Below are positions 1 to 5,461 of a stretch of 15,918 nucleotides of DNA, piece by piece. The notes under the pieces were generated by a model, which was not told where the DNA came from, did no database searches, and saw nothing but the letters and a program-made list of their open reading frames with translations. A program made the translations under genes and the position numbers. The stretch is from the NCBI GenBank assembly GCA_022560555.1, contig JADFSZ010000016.1, positions 1-15,918 of the forward strand, written 5' to 3'. This DNA is from PVC group bacterium. GTDB taxonomy: Bacteria; GCA-001730085; JADFSZ01. How positions within the stretch are numbered: position 1 is the first letter of the stretch; each line of letters begins with the position of its first letter.

Positions 1-360
1 TTAAGAAGCGAAGGTCCTTTAGTGCCAGACTGGTTTTATTGGTTATTTAAAAAGAACTATGAGCTAGATATGCGATCGGTAGCTAATTCAATAAGCGATT
101 TAAAACCAGACTAATTTATTATTTAAATCTAGGCAAACCCTTCAGCACTTTGTCAAAGGCCTCTCCTTCGCTAAAGCTTCGAAGAGCAAGCTTGAAAAGA
201 ATTTGTGGGCGAAAAAATTTATTAAAAAGATCCTTTATTCCCCAAACGAAATTGCCTTAAATCTTTATTATCAAACAGCTTTTGACAACCCTTCCGATTC
301 ACTCCCGGCCAGAGGCTGCCCCCGCCCAGCCACTGGCCGAAATTCCAGTTCCACAGCTTT

Positions 361-394
361 AAAAAATGACAGCCCTATCAATATTGATAGGGCT
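361..394 (-). terminator. Rho-independent terminator downstream of the tRNA
   Basis: A perfect 24-nt palindrome, AGCCCTATCAAT|ATTGATAGGGCT (371..394), begins 12 nt after the tRNA 3' end. On the minus strand it is followed by GTCA and then TTTTTT (366..361). Confidence 0.6.
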
Positions 395-406
395 AATCAT
401 CATGAA

Positions 407-698
407 TGGCTCCCCCGGCAAGACTCGAACTTGCGACATCATGGTTACGATCTGACTCTAATTTCTTAGAGAGTCGGACTTTCTCTTTACCCGTTCACAA
501 TGAGTGAAGTAGGGTAGCGGGTGTAAAGTCTCTGCACTTGCCCTTCACAGTTTGTTAACCATGAATGCTAGCTCAGGATTGCCTTGGCCGTTGTCAGCTT
601 TAGGTTTCCCTGAATTAGCCCGCTTTTCATCTCAGTGTTTCCACTAAGAGCTGCTAACTTGTAACAGCCACGCGCTCTACCAACTGAGCTACAGGGGA
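407..698 (-). tRNA. tRNA-Asn(GUU), interrupted by a group I intron; exons 698..664 and 447..407
   Basis: Exon 1 is TCCCCTG TA GCTC AGTTGGTA GAGC G CGTGG CTGT. Exon 2 is TAA CCATG ATGTC GCAAG TTCGAGT CTTGC CGGGGGA G CCA. Joined, they give a 76-nt canonical cloverleaf. It has a 7-bp acceptor stem (one U-G), a 4-bp D stem and a 5-bp anticodon stem (one G-U). The anticodon loop is CU-GUU-AA, with a 5-nt variable loop, a TTCGAGT T-loop, discriminator G and an encoded CCA. From memory, the overall layout parallels E. coli tRNA-Asn. Confidence 0.9.
448..663 (-). ncRNA. Group I self-splicing intron (IC3-like), 216 nt, no ORF
   Basis: The intron starts UACAAGUUAGCAGC. GCAGC (654..650) pairs with exon GCUGU, with the U.G wobble at the 5' splice site (P1). 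The adjacent GUUA (658..655) pairs with the first 3'-exon bases UAAC (P10). The intron ends AGAUCG, with omega-G at 448. The core is readable by eye: P2 UCUUAGUG-GAAA-CACUGAGA; P3 GCGGG/CCCGC; P4 UCAGG/CCUGA around GGGAAACCUAAAG; P6 UUCAUGG/CUGUGAA; GUGCAGAGACU (P7 5'); P8 ACCC..UUCAC-UCAUU-GUGAA..GGGU; GUAAAGAGAAAGUCC (J8/7 and P7 3'); P9 GACUCU/AGAGUC. From memory, these blocks match the conserved strings of the Anabaena tRNA-Leu(UAA) and Azoarcus tRNA-Ile introns. Confidence 0.85.
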
Positions 699-729
699 AT
701 GATTTTATAAACAAATTTGATTTTCAAAG

Positions 730-758
730 ATCATATAATTCAAAAGCTTTTATATCAA
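730..758 (-). promoter_or_regulatory. Candidate sigma70-type promoter for the tRNA
   Basis: The minus strand reads TTGATA (758..753), a 17-nt spacer, then TATGAT (735..730). This lies about 30 nt upstream of the mature tRNA 5' end. The call rests on pattern match only, in AT-rich DNA. Confidence 0.35.
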
Positions 759-762
759 CTAA

Positions 763-926
763 GCTATGCCGAATGAAGCTGCCCGAGATGCAATGCTTCG
801 GCATCCTGTGCCGAATGAAGTTTTCTAGGACTGTTACTCTTCGGCATCCCGAAGCATTCCCCAAGCTGTTGCCTCATTCGGGAAAGTATCCTGCCCTAAA
901 CCGCTACATTCGGGACAGGGGAATAA
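763..926. repeat. Direct-repeat unit 1, 3' flank of the GIY-YIG gene; overlaps its last 7 codons plus stop
   Basis: Segment 763..806 matches 1193..1236 at 39 of 44 positions. Segment 907..926 (cattcgggacaggggaataa) is identical to 1260..1279. Internally the unit holds three tandem hairpin modules: ATGCCGAA-N23-TTCGGCAT (766..804), GTGCCGAA-N24-TTCGGCAT (808..847) and TCCCGAA-N23-TTCGGGA (847..883). Confidence 0.75.
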
Positions 927-1173
927 TACGATTACCTTGAATTAATTTTTCAATGAACGAATGACTTTTTTTCTTTTTAATCCATAATTCGGCTTTTCGT
1001 GCTTTACTTCGATTTTCATAAGTCTTCTTAAAAACAATTTTGATCTCTGCGTTGCGTTTTCCAAAAGCAGTCCTTTGTTTAGAATGATCGCATAATCTGC
1101 GATCTAAGTTGTTCGTTTCCCCAACGTAAAACTTCCCTGAAACAGCACTTTTTAATATGTAAAGATAATGCAT
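904..1173 (-). CDS. Small free-standing GIY-YIG (URI-domain) nuclease, YhbQ/UPF0213-like
   Basis: The 89-aa ORF carries YILKS..GKFYVGETNNLDRRLxxH, which gives the GIY and YIG strands plus the conserved Arg. It also carries ..ARKAELWIKKKK, the conserved Glu helix, laid out as in short YhbQ-type proteins. There is no extra DNA-binding domain. Confidence 0.85.
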   Translation of the reverse strand: MHYLYILKSAVSGKFYVGETNNLDRRLCDHSKQRTAFGKRNAEIKIVFKKTYENRSKARKAELWIKKKKSHSFIEKLIQGNRIIPLSRM

Positions 1174-1192
1174 CTGAAAGATGCCTTTATTG

Positions 1193-1279
1193 GCTATGCC
1201 GAAGGAAGCAGCCCAAGAAGCAATTCTTCGGCATCCCGAGGGCCCCCATGGGGCCTCTTCATTCGGGACAGGGGAATAA
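1193..1279. repeat. Direct-repeat unit 2, 5' flank of the GIY-YIG gene
   Basis: Same orientation as unit 1. It contains module ATGCCGAA-N23-TTCGGCAT (1196..1234) and module TCCCGAG-N21-TTCGGGA (1234..1268). The second module has an inner GGCCCC-ATG-GGGCC hairpin. The unit ends with the identical 20-mer at 1260..1279. Confidence 0.75.
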
Positions 1280-1318
1280 AATATTTATAAGATCATTTAA
1301 CCAATAAGGTTAGCGCAG

Positions 1319-1347
1319 ATAGTATAATAAACCCCTCGTGAAGTCAA
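1319..1347 (-). promoter_or_regulatory. Candidate promoter reading into repeat unit 2 and the GIY-YIG gene
   Basis: The minus strand reads TTGACT (1347..1342), a 17-nt spacer, then TACTAT (1324..1319). Pattern match only. Confidence 0.3.
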
Positions 1348-1370
1348 GGGTTTTATAATAAGATGCCGGA

Positions 1371-1946
1371 ATGGAAAATATCCAGATAAAAAAGGCCTTC
1401 TCCCAGGCTGATTTTCCGCAAGAGCCGCTGCCGGAAATGGCTTTTGTCGGCCGTAGCAATGTGGGGAAGTCTTCCCTTATTAATTTTGTATTTCGCCAAA
1501 AGAATTTATGTCCGATAAGTAAAACACCCGGCAAAACACGTTCCGTCAATTTTTATACGATCAACCACAAATTTCGCATTGTGGATCTTCCCGGATATGG
1601 GTACGCAAAAATATCGAAAAGTATTCATCAAACTTGGCCGGATATGATAAAAGAGTATTTCGAGCATCAGCTCAACATCACCGCTATTTTTTTCTTGGTC
1701 GATTCGCGACGGGATATCACGCGTGAGGATCTTGTATTATTCGAATGGCTTTGTCAGTACACAGACTCCATCTATATCGTCATCACCAAAACGGATAAAA
1801 TAAATCAAAAGGAAAAAAGCCAACTTACTCGCCGTATTGATAAATTTACGGAAAATACAGTTGCTAGCAAAAATATCATTTATGTCTCAATAAAATCTCA
1901 GGAAAGTCGAAAAGTGCTTTTAGATGCTATGAATCAGCATCTATGA
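1371..1946 (+). CDS. engB: Ribosome-biogenesis GTPase EngB/YsxC
   Basis: 191 aa. It has the G1 motif GRSNVGKSSLIN, PGKT (G2), DLPGYG (G3) and TKTDK (G4). The length is typical of EngB. Confidence 0.9.
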   Translation: MENIQIKKAFSQADFPQEPLPEMAFVGRSNVGKSSLINFVFRQKNLCPISKTPGKTRSVNFYTINHKFRIVDLPGYGYAKISKSIHQTWPDMIKEYFEHQLNITAIFFLVDSRRDITREDLVLFEWLCQYTDSIYIVITKTDKINQKEKSQLTRRIDKFTENTVASKNIIYVSIKSQESRKVLLDAMNQHL

Positions 1947-2019
1947 CGTAATACTGTTTAATAATCCGACAACTTGAGGGCAGAAATGAAATATTCTATA
2001 TGTAAGAATCAGTTATTGC

Positions 2020-2047
2020 TTGCGTTATAAAAATAATTTAGTATAAT
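2020..2047 (+). promoter_or_regulatory. Candidate sigma70-type promoter for the TPR gene
   Basis: TTGCGT (2020..2025), a 16-nt spacer, then TATAAT (2042..2047). This lies about 50 nt upstream of the ATG at 2096. Confidence 0.35.
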
Positions 2048-2095
2048 ATATTTTCGAATTTGATTGCATGGGGAAAACAAAGCAGGGGAGAAAGT

Positions 2096-2935
2096 ATGAC
2101 CGCTAGGGGCAGGGGGATAGGTCTGGCTTTATGTGTAGCGATGATTTTATCGTACACCTTAGTATGGGCAAGTGAAGGTCAGGAGACGGATAAATACTTA
2201 TTGTCAGGGGATCAACATTATGAAAGCTTTGACAATAAATCTGCCCTTGATATGTACCGGAAAGCCTATGAGCTCAATCCGGATAGTTTTAAAACCCTTC
2301 TAAAGTTAACCCGCACTCTTATTGATGTCGGAGAAGATCTGAATTCCAAAGAATCAGAAGCGTATTATGAAGAAGCAGTTAAGTATTCCGAGCTCCTGAA
2401 AGAGAATTTTCCGGAAAGCCCTTACACCTACGCTTGCCTCGCGTCCAGTTACGGCTACCTAGCTATATTCCGCGGGGGCAAAGAAAAAATCCGTCTATCA
2501 AACAATGTGACAGAAAACGCCTACAAAGCGATTGCATTGGATCCCGATTACGAAGTTCCCTATATTGTTTTAGGAACCTATTATCGCGAAGTGGCCAACT
2601 TATCACCTTTTCTACGCGTATTCGCGGAAATGTTTCTGGGAGATGTCCCCAATGGCTCGCATGATGATTCCATTGAATGTCTTAAGAAAGCTCTTCAGAT
2701 CAGACCGGACTCAGTCTACACCGTTACTGAGTTAGCTAAAACTTATGCTTCTATGCGCAAATATGACTCAGCCATGGCTTCGCTTCGTAATGTGTTGAAA
2801 ATGTCCGTCGTGGATCACTTGGATCCGAGACTGCGGCAAGAAGCAGATGAAAAAATTTTGGTCCTTAAAAGAAAACTCAGCCGTCGACTTGCTCGCGGCA
2901 ACAACAAATTCCGACGCTACTCCGGTGCAAATTAA
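2096..2935 (+). CDS. Secreted tetratricopeptide-repeat (TPR-like) protein
   Basis: I chose the ATG at 2096 because it is preceded by GGGGAG, rather than the TTG at 2060. The N-terminus MTARGRGIGLALCVAMILSYTLVWA|SEG looks like a Sec signal peptide. TPR-like helices follow (ALDMYRKAYELNPD.., ALQIRPDSVYTVTELAKTYASMRKYDSA..). The specific function is unknown. Confidence 0.6.
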   Translation: MTARGRGIGLALCVAMILSYTLVWASEGQETDKYLLSGDQHYESFDNKSALDMYRKAYELNPDSFKTLLKLTRTLIDVGEDLNSKESEAYYEEAVKYSELLKENFPESPYTYACLASSYGYLAIFRGGKEKIRLSNNVTENAYKAIALDPDYEVPYIVLGTYYREVANLSPFLRVFAEMFLGDVPNGSHDDSIECLKKALQIRPDSVYTVTELAKTYASMRKYDSAMASLRNVLKMSVVDHLDPRLRQEADEKILVLKRKLSRRLARGNNKFRRYSGAN

Positions 2936-2980
2936 TTCTTACCTAAGAAAACCGCTCATTAAACAATCCCTTGTACTTTT

Positions 2981-3790
2981 ATGATTCTCCCTCTCTTACT
3001 TCTTTTTGGAGGAGTTTTTACCGGGATCTCCTCAGGTCTTTTAGGGATCGGAGGGGGGACCATTCTTGTTCCATTACAATACTGGGCCTTATCACAATAT
3101 TCAATCACAGGTGATATAGCGATGCGTATCGCTCTTGGAACGAGTTTGCTTATAATATTTCCCACAGTCATTGCCGGCACCATCAAGCATTCTAGAATGG
3201 GGGCTGTTGTATGGCGAGTCAGTCTCGTCCTTGGTATCACGGGCGCCCTTGGGAGTGCCATAGGCGGGATGGCCGCCGCGCATTTGCCTGATTTAATTCT
3301 CAAGAGAATTTTTTCAGTCATTGTTTTTTTTGCGGCTTTTCGTATGCTTTTTCAAATGCCATCTAAAGAGACACGAAGTTTTACGTTTAAAACCAGTGTA
3401 TTTCTCGGCCTTATTCTTTGCGGCCTTTGTGCCGGTGTTATCTCGGGTCTTGTCGGTATCGGAGGGGGACTGATTATTGTGCCGCTCTTAGTCATGACGT
3501 TTCATTTTGATATTCATAAAGCCATTGGGACATCAACCGCTACGATTCCTTTTATGATTTCCGGAGGAATTATCGCGTATTTGATCGAAGGAATTAAAAT
3601 CAAAGAAAGCCTGCCGCCCTATTCATTTGGCTATTTGAATCTTGCCCTATTTGCACTATTGGTCATAACAACAATTCCGGGTGCTTATTGGGGCGCCCAT
3701 CTTACGCATAAGCTTCCTAAAAATGTTCTTCGAAAGGGTTTTTCTATTCTTTTGTTTCTCATTGGTCTCAAAATGTCCAATCTCATCTAA
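2981..3790 (+). CDS. TauE/SafE (DUF81) family anion/sulfite exporter-type permease
   Basis: 269 aa and polytopic. The characteristic duplicated motif GxxSGLxGIGGGxIxVPL occurs in both halves (GISSGLLGIGGGTILVPL and GVISGLVGIGGGLIIVPL). Confidence 0.85.
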   Translation: MILPLLLLFGGVFTGISSGLLGIGGGTILVPLQYWALSQYSITGDIAMRIALGTSLLIIFPTVIAGTIKHSRMGAVVWRVSLVLGITGALGSAIGGMAAAHLPDLILKRIFSVIVFFAAFRMLFQMPSKETRSFTFKTSVFLGLILCGLCAGVISGLVGIGGGLIIVPLLVMTFHFDIHKAIGTSTATIPFMISGGIIAYLIEGIKIKESLPPYSFGYLNLALFALLVITTIPGAYWGAHLTHKLPKNVLRKGFSILLFLIGLKMSNLI

Positions 3791-3967
3791 AATGCGATAT
3801 TGAAACTCGAATGTACTTTTGGCCCCATAATTTTTCGCAACCACTACATGATCAAGAAGTTATCAATGATATTTTGGTCTGGTAATTTTTGAGATTTGTG
3901 TTAATATATTTTGCTTATATATATCTTTAATGTTATCAATACTATACTGCAAATTATGAGGCCCTTG

Positions 3968-5461
3968 ATGATTCAAATGGCTCAACGTATGTCGATTCTT
4001 CTTTTGATTCTCATCGTTCTATCCGTGGGGAATGTTGCTAACAGCGAAGAGCGTATTGGTAAACTTTCAATTGACGAAACAGTAGAGATTGGCATTTTGA
4101 ACAATATACGTGTCAAGGTGGCAAGGCTCGAACAGGATTTAGCAGGCCTGGATCTTAAAATTGAGCGATCAATTTTTGATACGGAAGCCTGGTTTGAAAT
4201 TAATTGGAGGCGCGACAAACGAGCATCGATCAATAGCATCGGCGGTTCACGCGTCACAGACCAAAATTATAACATCGGCATCGATAAAAAAATCCCCACC
4301 GGAGCCGATATTTCCCTGTCATTCAGAAATCAGGATTTAGATACATCGTCGCCATTTTTCCCGATAGATCCCGCTTTTGTATCGGATATGGAAGCCTCTA
4401 TTACCCAGCCCTTACTGAAAAATATCGGGGGCATACAGGATAAAGCCCCGATTCGTATTTCTGAAATTGAAATCGATCGAATCGACATAGTCACGCAGGA
4501 TACGATCGAAGAAGTCATCGCTGAAATCAAGTTATCCTATTGGGATCTTGTTTTTGCGCAAGAAACGCTTAAGGCTCAAAAGGAAATTTTAGAAAAGGCG
4601 CAACAGCTTCTGGAGTTTAATATCGAAAATCGAAAATCAGGTCTGGCAGAGGATGTCGATATTTACGCAAGCGAGGCCAATACCGAAAGACATATGAACA
4701 ATGTTCTTGTTGCCCAAAATGAGCTTGTTACGGCCATTGAAACACTTAAATTAAAAATGAACTACCCGTATTTTTCAAGAATCGTTCCAACGGAGGAATT
4801 GTCCTATAAAAGTGTTTTTTTAGACCAAGATACCATCATGAGGAATGCGATTAAAAATCGCCGGGACTATATTACGAAACGGCTCCAAATTGAACAGGCC
4901 GATATTGATGTCCACATGAAGAAAAACAGTCGGTGGCCGCAAATGGATTTAATCGCCACCTTTAACGCGAACGGATTAAAGTCGAATTACCCGGACGCGG
5001 TCGCGGAAATGGCCGTAGCCTCAAATCCTTCCTACTTTCTTGGCGTGGAATTTCGGTTTCCATTAGCGAACACAAAGGCCAAAGCGCAATATCAATCGTC
5101 CCTGCTTGAAAAGGCAAGATTAATCCTCGAGTTTCGGCAGCTCGAAAAAGACATTGCTTTTGAAGTAGATGATGTAGTGCGGGCTGTATTGACCAATTCT
5201 GCTCAAGCCGGAAAACGTATCCGCATCGAAGAGCTTGAAAGTAAAAAACTCGAGGAGGAAGACCGCAATTACCGCTTAGGTCGATCCAACAGCAATATCA
5301 TTATTGACTATCAAGATGATTTGATCGAAGCGCGACTTGCAAAAATTGAAGCCCTCATTGATCTGGAAAAATCTCTTGTGAATCTGGATCGATCAAGGAA
5401 TATCCTTTTTGACCAGTATTTTCAATCTCATATCATTAGCCAGCTCGGAAACACAGAATGA
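3968..5461 (+). CDS. TolC-like outer-membrane efflux factor (OEP family)
   Basis: The open frame runs from 3911. I prefer the ATG at 3968, which has GAGG 6 nt upstream; 3956, 3977 and 3989 are also possible. It has a signal-like N-terminus (MSILLLILIVLSVGNVANS). Long coiled-coil segments and beta segments in a two-repeat arrangement are typical of OEP proteins. The stop overlaps the RND start (ATGA). Confidence 0.8.
   Translation: MIQMAQRMSILLLILIVLSVGNVANSEERIGKLSIDETVEIGILNNIRVKVARLEQDLAGLDLKIERSIFDTEAWFEINWRRDKRASINSIGGSRVTDQNYNIGIDKKIPTGADISLSFRNQDLDTSSPFFPIDPAFVSDMEASITQPLLKNIGGIQDKAPIRISEIEIDRIDIVTQDTIEEVIAEIKLSYWDLVFAQETLKAQKEILEKAQQLLEFNIENRKSGLAEDVDIYASEANTERHMNNVLVAQNELVTAIETLKLKMNYPYFSRIVPTEELSYKSVFLDQDTIMRNAIKNRRDYITKRLQIEQADIDVHMKKNSRWPQMDLIATFNANGLKSNYPDAVAEMAVASNPSYFLGVEFRFPLANTKAKAQYQSSLLEKARLILEFRQLEKDIAFEVDDVVRAVLTNSAQAGKRIRIEELESKKLEEEDRNYRLGRSNSNIIIDYQDDLIEARLAKIEALIDLEKSLVNLDRSRNILFDQYFQSHIISQLGNTE

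Noticed and set aside
1-114. Frame-1 open reading frame from the window edge to TAA at 112..114 (..GPLVPDWFYWLFKKNYELDMRSVANSISDLKPD*)
   Set aside because: It could be the 3' end of an upstream gene. With only 37 codons, no recognisable motif and no start in view, I cannot support a call.
25-130. Similar AT-rich strings ccagactggttttattggttatttaaa (25..51) and ccagactaatttattatttaaa (106..127)
   Set aside because: The match is short, gapped and in AT-rich sequence. One copy lies in the possible coding tail. This is not enough to call a repeat or att-like site.
306-339. GC-rich inverted repeat CGGCCAG-N20-CTGGCCG in otherwise AT-rich intergenic DNA
   Set aside because: There is no adjacent T-tract on either strand and no recognisable ncRNA signature. 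It is a 7-bp stem with a long loop, noted only as unexplained.
203-469. 88-aa + strand ORF from the track
   Set aside because: It starts at a TTG. It runs through the tRNA terminator palindrome, tRNA exon 2 and the 3' end of the intron, on the opposite strand. The sequence is low-complexity with no recognisable domain, so it is almost certainly spurious.
448-663. Looked for an intron-encoded homing endonuclease ORF
   Set aside because: The intron is only 216 nt and consists entirely of core helices, so there is no room for an ORF.
699-729. Alternative tRNA promoter TTGAAA-N14-TAAAAT immediately upstream of the tRNA
   Set aside because: The spacer is too short, and the predicted start site would fall inside the mature tRNA. 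The TTGATA-N17-TATGAT candidate further upstream fits better.
763-926. Considered whether the regularly spaced ~40-nt modules are a mini CRISPR array
   Set aside because: There are only three units. The conserved parts are inverted arms flanking each variable segment, not direct repeats separating spacers. The period is too short, and no cas genes are present.
1329-1359. Hairpin AAACCC-N13-GGGTTT followed by TTTTAT, terminator-like on the + strand just before engB
   Set aside because: No + strand gene lies upstream to terminate. The stem is short and the loop large. The region overlaps the candidate minus-strand promoter. It could be a 5'-UTR element of engB, but that is unsupported.
1310-1549. 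79-aa minus-strand ORF, plus similar antisense ORFs at 2959..3321, 3982..4257, 7153..7476, 10197..10550, 10842..11183, 12104..12391, 13664..14014 and 14920..15288
   Set aside because: All lie antisense to well-supported conserved genes and have low-complexity or odd composition with no motifs. They are shadow ORFs.
2434-2664. Same-strand alternative-frame ORFs (2434..2664, 5768..6091, 10975..11193, 13261..13458, 14580..14762)
   Set aside because: They are embedded out of frame inside confidently assigned genes, with no independent support.
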